Shown here: positions 1-8,558 of the stretch, one piece after another
Position numbering within the stretch: the first letter of the stretch is position 1
How the letters are laid out: every line of letters starts with the position of its first letter
IMG/VR virus record: IMGVR_UViG_3300035183_001042
Direction: 5' to 3' (one strand)
Origin: an uncultured virus (IMG/VR IMGVR_UViG_3300035183_001042)
Taxonomy: Duplodnaviria; Heunggongvirae; Uroviricota; Caudoviricetes
DNA length: 20,000 nucleotides
The notes under the pieces: generated by a model
The model's database searches: none
Told to the model about the DNA's origin: nothing
The model's input: only the letters and a program-made list of their open reading frames with translations
Made by a program: the position numbers and the translations under genes

Positions 1-582
1 CTGAAGTATTGGATTGTTGTTTGTCATGTTGCGGAATTGACAGCGAAACTCTGCGCACTGTCTGGCGGTTGGCTCTGGCTCACCGTAGTGGATCCAAGGG
101 ACCGACGCGACGTGATGCTTCGGCATGAATTCCAGAGACATGACAACACTCTTGGTCGTCACAATGAGGGTCGTCCATGTCTGCCACGCTTCTCAGCACC
201 ATTCTGCGGATGCGTCCCGAAAGACTTGAGTGTCTCCATAGGACTCAGACATCGACCAGATGTGCCCAAAGAAGAGGAGCGGCTTACTCTCGGTTCTCTT
301 GGCTTCGCGTAGCGCCACGATCCACGCTGGCTCTGGATCGCCTGCGCTCTCTTTTCCCACCAGTCTGTCACTCTACGAATCAGTGCGGAGCTTGTCGACT
401 TCTCTCCATCTGCTCGAAGACCCAAGAAGATCGATGAGGCGTCTTTCTATGGGATCCACGAAGGATATCCATCGGACGGCTGGAAGAGCTTCTTCGTGAA
501 CGAGAGCAAGAATGCGAAGCGTCGACTGACACCGTCTTCGGCGATGCCGCAGGCTCGATGCGCCCAAACAACGGAACGTTGA
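1..582 (+). pseudogene. 5'-truncated hypothetical frame interrupted by one in-frame TAG (310-312)
   Basis: Frame 1 is open from base 1 (LKYWIVVCHVAEL...) to the TAG at 310 and then continues about 90 codons (RHDPRWLWIAC...GWKSFFVNESK...) to TGA 580-582. Confidence 0.4.
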
Positions 583-632
583 TAGTTTAGCGAGGCTGTA
601 TACATGGTTCATCCTTCTGGTAAGATCGTTGT

Positions 633-926
633 ATGCAGGCTTCAGGACAGACTGTTCCAACCCAGGCGCAGCAGAACGCGATCGCGGATGTTTTTGCGAG
701 GAGCATGGTCGAATCGCTTGCCCCGATCCTCCAGCGAGACATCATTCCGCAAGTCCTGCAGGACCGAAACGCGCTGACCATCCTCGGGTCTGAGGCCGGC
801 AAGGCTGCGACTCGAGAGGCTGGCGCTTGGGGAGCGGTGCTCGCCGGAGGGGTCGGTCTCCTCGGCCTCGGAGTATTCTTGGTTGGCACTGCCAGCTTGC
901 TTCGGGCGATCAAGTCCACTCCATAA
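633..926 (+). CDS. small membrane protein with one C-terminal TM helix
   Basis: 97 aa ORF with hydrophobic, Gly-rich stretch AWGAVLAGGVGLLGLGVFLVGTASLL followed by RAIK. Confidence 0.75.
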   Translation: MQASGQTVPTQAQQNAIADVFARSMVESLAPILQRDIIPQVLQDRNALTILGSEAGKAATREAGAWGAVLAGGVGLLGLGVFLVGTASLLRAIKSTP

Positions 927-1002
927 GCAGTGGCAAGTCGCTCTTGCCATGGGCGTCTGGGCGTAGTTCAATCCAGACGATGATTCCCCAGGGAGAACCA
1001 CG

Positions 1003-1773
1003 ATGACCGTCAAAAAGAAGAAGAAGTGCCTGAAGAAGAGTCTCCATAGCAAGAAGTGCGCGAAGAAGATTCCCGGCACATGCTCGATCGAGACTCGCGG
1101 CAAAATGACGACGATCGTGTGCGACAGGCTTGCAGCTCGAAAAGTGCTCTCCGTCGCTCAGCAGCAGACCGTGCCAGATGAGAAGATCAACTCGCTCGCT
1201 CAGAAGGCTGCGAAGGCGTGGAAGCGCGCGCACGATGGTCTGCCGATGGGACGCGCTGGCTTCAACAAGGCCTACCGGGTCGCGCACGAGGAGATCTCGC
1301 GCTACCTCGGCATCGAGCAGGTGGGCAAGTTCGCGGCCGACACGAAGAAACGCTTCGAGGAGGCGTTGTCGATGGCGTTGATCGATCATGGGACGTCGCT
1401 CGACTTCGCGGCTTTCGAGCCCAAGCGCCGCGTCGGCAGTAGCAAGAGAACTGAAAATGTCGAGGATGTCGAGGATGTCGAGGAGATCGAGACGCGTCCG
1501 TCTGCTCCTGTCAGTCGCGACTTCGGCGAGGAGATCGAGCCGCGTCCGTCTGCTCCCGTCTTTCGCGACTTTGGCGAGACGAACTATCCTCGTCCGTCGG
1601 ACCCTGGCTTCCCCTTCCGTCGCGACTTCGGCGAGTCGAACGAGCCGCCGATGACCAATGGAGCTTACGGCTATCCCACCGAGCCAATCTCGGAGGACTT
1701 CGAGATGGACCGAGAGCGCTTCTACAGCAGAGCTTCTGATGGGCTGCACAGGCGTCGTCGTCGCTCGCGCTGA
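1003..1773 (+). CDS. hypothetical protein with Lys-rich N-terminus and RPSxP..RDFGE repeats
   Basis: 256 aa ORF; GGGAG RBS-like motif upstream; helical middle, low-complexity repeat C-terminus, poly-Arg tail. Confidence 0.8.
   Translation: MTVKKKKKCLKKSLHSKKCAKKIPGTCSIETRGKMTTIVCDRLAARKVLSVAQQQTVPDEKINSLAQKAAKAWKRAHDGLPMGRAGFNKAYRVAHEEISRYLGIEQVGKFAADTKKRFEEALSMALIDHGTSLDFAAFEPKRRVGSSKRTENVEDVEDVEEIETRPSAPVSRDFGEEIEPRPSAPVFRDFGETNYPRPSDPGFPFRRDFGESNEPPMTNGAYGYPTEPISEDFEMDRERFYSRASDGLHRRRRRSR
1457..1635 (+). repeat. coding tandem repeats: 9-bp x3, then 48-bp x2 plus one degenerate copy
   Basis: ATGTCGAGG x3 at 1457-1483; 48-nt units at 1480-1527 and 1528-1575; diverged third unit 1576-1632 ending CGCGACTTCGGC. 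Confidence 0.9.
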
Positions 1774-1785
1774 TGACGTCTCGGC

Positions 1786-2190
1786 TCACCGCTCTCCGCA
1801 GAAGGTCATTCCGATTTTGGGGAGGATCTCGCTGGCCAAGATCAGGCGGTGGCAGCGCGTTGGAACCTCGCAGTAGCAGACGAGGGTGACTTCTTCCTGC
1901 TTGACTAGCGCATCCCACGATTCGCGGTGATTCTTGTAGGACGCCCTCATCGCCGCGAGATAGCTCTCCCTGTAGTTGTCCCAGGCGTCCTTCACTTTGT
2001 TGGTAGCTGAGACTGAGACAAGTTTTCGCTGTTCTAGGATCTTTCGAAGGCTGATCATATCAAGGAAGGATGATTCCGGTGGCGCGAATGGCTTTCCGCG
2101 TGCTCCTCCTGTCTTTCGCGTGATATCGAACCGGTCCTCTCTGTCGTACCTAATCGAACTCGTCCAGACGTTTCCCATGGCTCGGCCCAT
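1786..2190 (-). CDS. DUF488-like protein (phage type)
   Basis: Motifs FDIT..K, FAP, W..Y...Y...M and VTLVCYC....CHRLILA are characteristic of DUF488-related proteins; start overlaps the upstream stop. Confidence 0.75.
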   Translation of the reverse strand: MGRAMGNVWTSSIRYDREDRFDITRKTGGARGKPFAPPESSFLDMISLRKILEQRKLVSVSATNKVKDAWDNYRESYLAAMRASYKNHRESWDALVKQEEVTLVCYCEVPTRCHRLILASEILPKIGMTFCGER

Positions 2191-2909
2191 CAGGACTTTC
2201 CCTTGTTTGCGTCCAGCAAGATGCGCAACAGATCGACGGCCTCCATGCCCGAGACGATCGCGTCATCTAGCGGGTTGTGCTCGAGCCCTCCAAAGCTCGC
2301 GTACCTCTGTGCGATCGGAGCCACGCTCGGGGCCGCTAGACTTGCTGCGAGACGAAGCGTCGATATCTCGTGCATCGGAGCTGGACCCAGCATCTCGAAC
2401 GCCGGATCAAGCGTGATTGATCGAAGGAAGATGTTGTGCTCCACAGGGAATCCCCAGTCGGCGACGGTGATGATCTCCTCTTCTTTCACGAGACCTTCGT
2501 AAGCCATGGCCACGCTGAGCGCACGCTTGATGTTCGTCACCCACAAAAAGTCGAGTCCCATCGCCTTTTCGTGCACCTTGATGACCCTGTCGACGCCGGC
2601 CCACGTGACCCCTGCGGTCCAGCAGCGCCACCACGCGAAGAAGGAGGCGTGCAGGTGTACATCCGATCCCTCGATGAGCGCTATGTCTGACCAGCGATTC
2701 ATCACCGGACCGATGACGTTCTCTTTCGTGAACGTGCTTGGGTTCGTGCTCAATATCTTCTGCTTCGTGAGTCTTGCCATAAATCGATCGACGACCCTGC
2801 CAGAGCCGGCTTCGATCACAGCTGCTCCGATGGCAAACACTGACCCTGCAAGTGTAGATGCCTCTCCGTCGATCGAGATGACGAGCTTTGGAACGCGGTA
2901 GTTCGACAT
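2190..2909 (-). CDS. DEDDh 3'-5' exonuclease (RNase AS / DnaQ-like)
   Basis: ExoI-like ISIDGE...FAIGA, ExoII-like VADWGFPVE, ExoIII HNPLDDA. Confidence 0.8.
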   Translation of the reverse strand: MSNYRVPKLVISIDGEASTLAGSVFAIGAAVIEAGSGRVVDRFMARLTKQKILSTNPSTFTKENVIGPVMNRWSDIALIEGSDVHLHASFFAWWRCWTAGVTWAGVDRVIKVHEKAMGLDFLWVTNIKRALSVAMAYEGLVKEEEIITVADWGFPVEHNIFLRSITLDPAFEMLGPAPMHEISTLRLAASLAAPSVAPIAQRYASFGGLEHNPLDDAIVSGMEAVDLLRILLDANKGKS

Positions 2910-2947
2910 GAGCGGTCACTACCACGCGCGAATTCAACGATCAACCG

Positions 2948-3964
2948 TCAAATGAGTCCGCGTGCTGGGTTCGAATCGTCGAAGCGGGTTGCTTCGTCAA
3001 CATAGCCAGACGTCGTCGTGATGCTCGCGTGAGCCAGATGTCGCTGCACTTGCTCGAGGCGCTTGCCTTGGCGGACAGCTTCTGTGGCAAATCCACGGCG
3101 CAACGAGTGTCCAGATACGAACTTTGGGTCGATCCCGGCCTTCTCGCATCGGTTCTTCACGATCTTCGCGACGCTCCCGCCGTGCAGCGCCTCCTTCCTG
3201 ATTCGACCGACCTTGTCGATGCCGGCGAACACGAAGTCGTCTGGCCCGCGCCCCTGAGCGAGGCAGAAGCGCTCCCATCTCTTTACAGACCGAACGGGGC
3301 AGAGCGCAGGCTCGGAGTGGTACGGGATGCCCTTGGTGATGCCGCGCCCTCCTTGGTCTGTCTTGCTCCTCGCGATCGTGATCGACACTCCTTCCTCCGA
3401 GGAGAAGTCGATGTCCTTCCAATGCAGTGAGCATAGTTCGCTCCTCCTCATGGCGCCGAACCACCCAAGAGCGAGCAGAGCGTGGTCTCGAGCCCCGACG
3501 ATGTTCGTTCTGTCGATCTTCGCGAGGATCGCGCGGAGTTGCGCTATCGAGATGCCTTTCTTTCTCTTCTTCGGAGCACCGTGACTGCGGATCGCCCCGC
3601 GGAGCGTCGACCGCACCAGCGGATCGAGCGTAGGCGACTCATACCCTGCTCGCAGATGCCCATGCTTGACCGCGGCGAGTGCGACCCTGATCGTCGAGAT
3701 CGTCCGCTTCTTCTCGACGAGCGCAGCTATCCAAGCCGCGGCCGTGATCGGGTCCGCTGGAATAGGCCGAGCTCCGATCGAAGCGCAGTGTTCTTCCCAG
3801 CTCTTCCAGTAGCTCTCGTAGGTTGACTTTGTGTTGTCGCTCTGCTCGTGTTCAAGAAGCTTCGTAACGGACTTGGCGAGCGCCTCGACCTTCTCATTTG
3901 CTCCGACCGTATCAATGGATCTGTTTACCTCGATCACTGCCAGCTCGGACCGCTCGATCGTCAT
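2948..3964 (-). CDS. tyrosine recombinase/integrase, Cre-like, with N-terminal core-binding (SAM-like) domain
   Basis: RDHALLALGWFGAMRRSEL, SKTDQ, SGHSLRRGFAT, RHLAHASITTTSGY give a complete R-K-H-R-H-Y catalytic set; N-terminal NTKSTY...W..W. Confidence 0.95.
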   Translation of the reverse strand: MTIERSELAVIEVNRSIDTVGANEKVEALAKSVTKLLEHEQSDNTKSTYESYWKSWEEHCASIGARPIPADPITAAAWIAALVEKKRTISTIRVALAAVKHGHLRAGYESPTLDPLVRSTLRGAIRSHGAPKKRKKGISIAQLRAILAKIDRTNIVGARDHALLALGWFGAMRRSELCSLHWKDIDFSSEEGVSITIARSKTDQGGRGITKGIPYHSEPALCPVRSVKRWERFCLAQGRGPDDFVFAGIDKVGRIRKEALHGGSVAKIVKNRCEKAGIDPKFVSGHSLRRGFATEAVRQGKRLEQVQRHLAHASITTTSGYVDEATRFDDSNPARGLI

Positions 3965-4742
3965 TCTTCTTCACTACCTGATCCTCTGGCCAAAAGACAA
4001 TTCTCCGCCCAGGATGATGAATGTCTTCTGACCTATGCCTCAGCCATCGAAGCATGGGAGCAATCTCAGCTGGGATCTCCTTGTTCCCGTAGAACTCCTT
4101 GATGTCATCGATCGCGCCGCGGACATCGCTAAGTGTCGGAGTAAGTTTGACGGAGATGTCCCTCCCGGCCAAAGAGACAGCAACCCACTCGCAGACAAGA
4201 TCCAACTTCGGCCCTCCCTCATTTGGCTCAGGAGTGTCGAGCAGAGCCTTCTTCCGATCGGATATTGCCAAGACAAAATCGCGAGCAGCTCTCCAAGTAA
4301 ACGCCGACCCGCTCATCCCCTTCGTCTCGTTCTCGAACAGCTGTTGAGGCTCCGCTCTGACAGTGGCCTGCTTCTTCTTTGTTCTCGAACACATCCGAAC
4401 AGGCCCTTCGGAGACGAGCTTTGCGTTCGACAAGATGGTGATGTGTCTCGGCTGGATATCGAGGATCGCGCGCTCCTCCGCGGTCTTCTCGCCGAACAGC
4501 ACGAGTTTCTCGAGCGATGAGAGGACCGGCATAGGAAGCCCCTTCAGGATGCCGACACGGATCGTGTTCGCAAGACACTTCGGTAGTGTATCCTGAACTG
4601 GAACCGCAGGGCCCTTCCCTTGGCCTGCGGTTTCGTCAGCTACCTTGTCTCTCCAGTCGTCGATCAGAGAGCAGTTCCAAACGTACTTTTCATCGATGAT
4701 CCGATCGAGATCCTCCGGATCTGGCCCGTCTTTCGTTGACAT
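3912..4742 (-). CDS. hypothetical protein
   Basis: 276 aa ORF with natural composition in the minus-strand gene train; 3' end overlaps the recombinase start. Confidence 0.7.
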   Translation of the reverse strand: MSTKDGPDPEDLDRIIDEKYVWNCSLIDDWRDKVADETAGQGKGPAVPVQDTLPKCLANTIRVGILKGLPMPVLSSLEKLVLFGEKTAEERAILDIQPRHITILSNAKLVSEGPVRMCSRTKKKQATVRAEPQQLFENETKGMSGSAFTWRAARDFVLAISDRKKALLDTPEPNEGGPKLDLVCEWVAVSLAGRDISVKLTPTLSDVRGAIDDIKEFYGNKEIPAEIAPMLRWLRHRSEDIHHPGRRIVFWPEDQVVKKNDDRAVRAGSDRGKQIH

Positions 4743-5196
4743 TGTACCTCTTGACGATATCCCATCGTCCGATGGCAGCCAGTTCTACGCTTCGAATCTG
4801 CTGCTCAAGCTTCAGTTGCTGCATACGCCTGCTGAGCCGATCTTTGGCCGATTCGCTCAGCCCTGAGCCATCTGCTAGCTGACTTTCACACGCAGCGATC
4901 GCAGCAGCGGTGCGCCTGGACACCTCAGCGTACTTCCAGGCAAGATACACATGAGCCGACAATTCGCTGCCAACGCAAAAGACCCTCGTCTCCGCGTTTA
5001 CGTGCTTTTCAAGCCTACGATGATTCAATGGCTGCATGGATCGGCAGTACGGGCATGGCGCGCTCGTGATGATCGTCCGTTGCTCAAGTTCCTCAAGTTC
5101 GCTGCGTCTCACGATGCTTTCCTCGCGAGGAATTCTGGAAGTCAAGATTTGTGCCACTATGACCATAGAAGCACTCACGATCGCCGCTGAGTTCAT
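4690..5196 (-). CDS. hypothetical protein with C2HC zinc-finger-like motif and coiled-coil tail
   Basis: CPYC...RLEKH...CVGS; ATGA overlap at its start. Confidence 0.7.
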   Translation of the reverse strand: MNSAAIVSASMVIVAQILTSRIPREESIVRRSELEELEQRTIITSAPCPYCRSMQPLNHRRLEKHVNAETRVFCVGSELSAHVYLAWKYAEVSRRTAAAIAACESQLADGSGLSESAKDRLSRRMQQLKLEQQIRSVELAAIGRWDIVKRYNVNERRARSGGSRSDHR

Positions 5197-5347
5197 TCCA
5201 CGAAGACCAGAATACCCACCATCTCGCCCTTGCGAACAGCAGTCTCTCGTTCTTCGTAGACGATCGCCGTCTGTTCACACTGATCGCCGTACTTTTGGCG
5301 ATCTTCTGAATCTCTGGCAAGTCGCTCATCTCTGCAGGAGAGATCAC
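5193..5347 (-). pseudogene. small (~51 aa) gene with a probable 1-nt frameshift
   Basis: GTGA overlap at 5344-5347 starts MISPAEMSDLPEIQKIAK. A shift at the A4 run (5293-5296) gives KYGDQCEQTAIVYEERE...VFVE, ending in an ATGA overlap at 5193-5196. Confidence 0.45.
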
Positions 5348-5913
5348 GGCTTGGCCCCTCGCTCTCTCTCTGATGCTTCGTCGTCTTCATCGTCATCATC
5401 GACCTCATCGATGCCGTCCATGCAGCTCTCGTAGAAGCCACGTATCACCGCGAAGAGAGCGTCAGCGTCCTCCTTGCGCATGCAAGTGGCCACGATCACC
5501 TCCTTGCCTTCGGTCTTCTTCAGCAGCGCATGACCGCGCCGAACCACCGTCGAGAGCTGAGCCGCTGCTGCCTTCTCTTGGGCAGAACGCAAGATGGCGC
5601 TCTGCTTCGTGTTTGCCTGTGCCACGTTGAACTCCTCTTGATCTGCGCCGAAACGTCGTTGCTGAACCGTGTCGTAGCAGCATGCATAGCTATGTGTCAA
5701 CGCGCTTCTCACTGAAGAAGCTTTGATCCTCTTTGCGGCGATCGTCGCGACGGCTCCAGCAACGATCCCGGCGATCGTCTCCGGTGACAAGCATACTGCC
5801 AATACCACCATCGCCAGGTCGTGCAGCGCTCACAAGTAGAACGGTTCGTCTGAGGCAAAGCCAAAGAGCTTCATCCACACGCGCCGATCGATGCCAACTT
5901 TCTCTTTTGCCAT
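5344..5913 (-). pseudogene. hypothetical protein with acidic tail and in-frame TGA at 5830-5832 (or a shorter intact CDS 5344-5811)
   Basis: ATG at 5913, 2 nt after the upstream stop, reads MAKEKVGIDRRVWMKLFGFASDEPFYL*ALHDLAMVVL..., in frame with the 155 aa ORF. Confidence 0.55.
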
Positions 5914-5915
5914 TC

Positions 5916-6971
5916 TCAGCGAGAGAGCTCTATCCCTGAAGTGTGCAACATGACCGCGTCGTGAACGCGCCAAGCGTACTCCATGCGAACGAGGTCCGTC
6001 TTCGCTTTGTGCTCGATGGTCTTCGGATCGATTGCGATCAGATCCTCTCTAGACATTGGGACCTCGATCGCCGTTCCTTCGAAGCCAAACTGAGACAGGT
6101 ACCGAACGACCTTCCAGAGAAGATGACTTGGTGCAGCGACGGCGCTCGCCCAGGCCACAGGCACTACGCCGAGCGACTTGGCCTCGAGGTATCCGTACTG
6201 CTCCTTCTTGCCAAAGTATTTCGCTCTTCTCTGTTCGATGTCTTCGATGGACATGCCTCGCGGCCACTTCGCAGCCCTAGCTCTAGCCTCCTTAGCGACC
6301 TCGAAGACCGATCGTAGCCTGGGAGATTGCTGGTTTGAACCGAGCATCCATGGACCAAGAGATAGCAGAGCCTGCTCCTGTCGGTAGTAGTTCGAGAACT
6401 CCTCGTTGCCGCTTAGTTCGAGGAACGTGCGGCTTGAGTAGCTGCCAAGAATATCCTTCGTGTTCGGCGTCCAAGTGTCCGTCTCGTAGACCACAAAGTC
6501 TGGTGGAGTACCTAGGCTCTTTCGGTAAGGAGCGAGGCTGTTCAGCACCGTCCTCGGATCGAACACAAGGCAGATCGGGCCGAAGTTCGACGCTGGAACC
6601 ACACCGACGGACAGCGAAGGAAAGATCAGCCCGCCGCATCGACCGATCCCGTTCTTGGCCTGCTTTGAAAAGAGCGACTCATCGGTCGAGTGCGCCATGA
6701 TTAGCGGAGTGCCATCTACCACTGCATAGCCGAATCGCTGATGAAAGTCCGCAGGCATCTTCGCTGTCCTAGCAAGCTTGCACCAATCGACGCTCATCGT
6801 CGTCTCTCGCTGCTCCTGCTCTGACGCCAAAGACATGTCTCGCTCGATTGCCCAGCGCGGCCTCGGGCCGGCCGGCACCATGCGATTCTTCGCGACCGAG
6901 AAGTACGGCAGCGTCTCTCCGCTCCTCGTCATCGGCACGCCAGGATACGGCAGGATCGTGACAGTGAACAC
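5916..6971 (-). CDS. putative ADP-ribosyltransferase-fold protein
   Basis: Ordered motifs LIMAHST, GGLIFPSLSV, NFGPICLVF, VYETDTWTP and YLEAK resemble an ART-like domain of phage/conjugative polyvalent proteins. The CDS is solid; the function is inferred. Confidence 0.6.
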   Translation of the reverse strand: MFTVTILPYPGVPMTRSGETLPYFSVAKNRMVPAGPRPRWAIERDMSLASEQEQRETTMSVDWCKLARTAKMPADFHQRFGYAVVDGTPLIMAHSTDESLFSKQAKNGIGRCGGLIFPSLSVGVVPASNFGPICLVFDPRTVLNSLAPYRKSLGTPPDFVVYETDTWTPNTKDILGSYSSRTFLELSGNEEFSNYYRQEQALLSLGPWMLGSNQQSPRLRSVFEVAKEARARAAKWPRGMSIEDIEQRRAKYFGKKEQYGYLEAKSLGVVPVAWASAVAAPSHLLWKVVRYLSQFGFEGTAIEVPMSREDLIAIDPKTIEHKAKTDLVRMEYAWRVHDAVMLHTSGIELSR

Positions 6972-6974
6972 AGA

Positions 6975-7334
6975 TTATCCGTCATCTCCGAACGTGTACG
7001 CAGCCATGCCCTCGAGCATCTCGAAGAACTCGGCGATGTGGACTGTTCCGCCCGATGTGAACTGAGGAGAAACCCATCTGTTGCCCTTATTTTGCTTCAC
7101 TCCGAGAAACCGAGCCGCTACGATCTCCGTCTGATGTGGAACGCTCTCTTTTACAGGGAATCGACGATAGATCCTCTTCACCACGTTCCAAGGATGAGAT
7201 CTGATCGCAAAGAAGACATGGTGTCCCCTCCTCCACGCAAGGACGTCATCGATCACGTCACCAAACTGGTGGCGCATGTACGCCATCAAACGAACCGAGA
7301 ACTCGATCGATACTGCGTCCAAGATCTTCTTCAT
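6975..7334 (-). CDS. hypothetical protein (first gene of the minus-strand train)
   Basis: 119 aa ORF ending 3 nt before the next start. Confidence 0.7.
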   Translation of the reverse strand: MKKILDAVSIEFSVRLMAYMRHQFGDVIDDVLAWRRGHHVFFAIRSHPWNVVKRIYRRFPVKESVPHQTEIVAARFLGVKQNKGNRWVSPQFTSGGTVHIAEFFEMLEGMAAYTFGDDG

Positions 7335-7383
7335 AGCATAGAGATCCTACCTCGATTCATCGCTGATGTCATCGGCGTTGCGC

Positions 7384-7413
7384 TTGACAGGCGCTGCGCC
7401 GCATGGCATCGAT
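7384..7413 (+). promoter_or_regulatory. possible sigma70-type promoter in the divergent intergenic gap
   Basis: Perfect TTGACA at 7384-7389, but only a poor -10 (CATCGA) at 17 nt spacing. Confidence 0.3.
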
Positions 7414-7456
7414 GCAAATGCTGAATCGCCGCAGTTAAGCACAAAGGAGCAATCTA

Positions 7457-8089
7457 ATGCGCCTGTTTCGCATCGAGTCAACGCCGGAATTTGACAACGT
7501 GATGCGGGAGTTCGACCCGAAGGAGCAATGGACCATCGACGTGATCGAATCCATGGCTGCTCGAGACGTCATGCCGACGAGTTGGTACGAACGGTACCTG
7601 GACAATCCGCCGGAGCGAAGAGAGCCTGATCTGATCGTCACTCTCTCTAGAAACGCTGCTCGGATGCTGGCTGCTGAGACGATCATGAAGAATCAGATCA
7701 CTGCGGCAGGCGTAGATCTATCTAGCTTTTTGGGCTTTGTCTCGAGGCGTTCACTGTCCTCTTTCAGAACGATCTCTCAGGAGATGGACCTAAACTTCTC
7801 CGTGCCTGACTCCTCGATGAAGAACAATCGAAGGGTGATCCCATGCCCGTCGATGAAAATCCTCTATGGGTGCGATCGGCATCTGCAGTTTTGTCGGTGG
7901 CTCAGCTTGTACGGGTACGACTGGCAAAAAGCGATCTGTGCGTCTGGTCTTTGTCCCGTGTACATTGGATCTTCGACCACGAAAGGCCCATGTGGGTGGG
8001 CTCTTGAGTGCGACACAGAGAACTGGGATGGGTACGACATGAGCGAATTCGACGCCGCCAATGGGGTCAAGATGCAACTCGAGCGATGA
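7457..8089 (+). CDS. hypothetical protein
   Basis: 210 aa ORF with a strong AAGGAG RBS just upstream of the ATG. Confidence 0.85.
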   Translation: MRLFRIESTPEFDNVMREFDPKEQWTIDVIESMAARDVMPTSWYERYLDNPPERREPDLIVTLSRNAARMLAAETIMKNQITAAGVDLSSFLGFVSRRSLSSFRTISQEMDLNFSVPDSSMKNNRRVIPCPSMKILYGCDRHLQFCRWLSLYGYDWQKAICASGLCPVYIGSSTTKGPCGWALECDTENWDGYDMSEFDAANGVKMQLER

Positions 8090-8097
8090 GGCAAACA

Positions 8098-8439
8098 ATG
8101 AGCGACAATCAGAATCCTCCGCAGATGCACGCGATCCTGCTTACGACGGGGATGATCTTGGTCGGGATCGTCATGGATGACGGGCGAGAGAGCGGCGAGA
8201 TGATCGTTATGAGTCCTTATGTTCTGCCTGCCACATCTACGATCGTGAGCGCCTTGAGAGAAAGAGATGTCGTCATCTCCTTGGCAAGGCTGATGGGGCT
8301 GCCTCCGGACCAGCCAATGCAGATCAACAGGGACCACGTCGTGCTGATGGTTCCGCATCCGTACGTCGAGAGGCGAAGCGGTCGCGTTCAGGAGCTGGGG
8401 GAAGACCGGCGTCAGGAACTGGGGGAAGACCGGCGGTAG
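8098..8439 (+). CDS. hypothetical protein, possible Sm/LSm-like beta-barrel
   Basis: GAGG RBS and ATG at 8098; pattern ILLTTGMILVG....MIVMSPY...MQINRDHVV resembles Sm-fold strands. Confidence 0.6.
   Translation: MSDNQNPPQMHAILLTTGMILVGIVMDDGRESGEMIVMSPYVLPATSTIVSALRERDVVISLARLMGLPPDQPMQINRDHVVLMVPHPYVERRSGRVQELGEDRRQELGEDRR
8388..8435 (+). repeat. 24-bp tandem duplication (QELGEDRR x2)
   Basis: TCAGGAGCTGGGGGAAGACCGGCG / TCAGGAACTGGGGGAAGACCGGCG, one mismatch. Confidence 0.95.
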
Positions 8440-8558
8440 ATCAGCGTTATGCATCATCGAATGAGCAACCGACGCTTGGTCAGCCTCGGGCGACCACAGG
8501 TAGAGTCCAACTCGGCCCATGCATCCGAAGAACAGGACCTTGGCAGTATCGGATCGAT

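Noticed and set aside
1457..1635. Direct repeats as a CRISPR array
   Set aside because: The units are contiguous, in-frame coding repeats with no unique spacers, and no cas genes are present.
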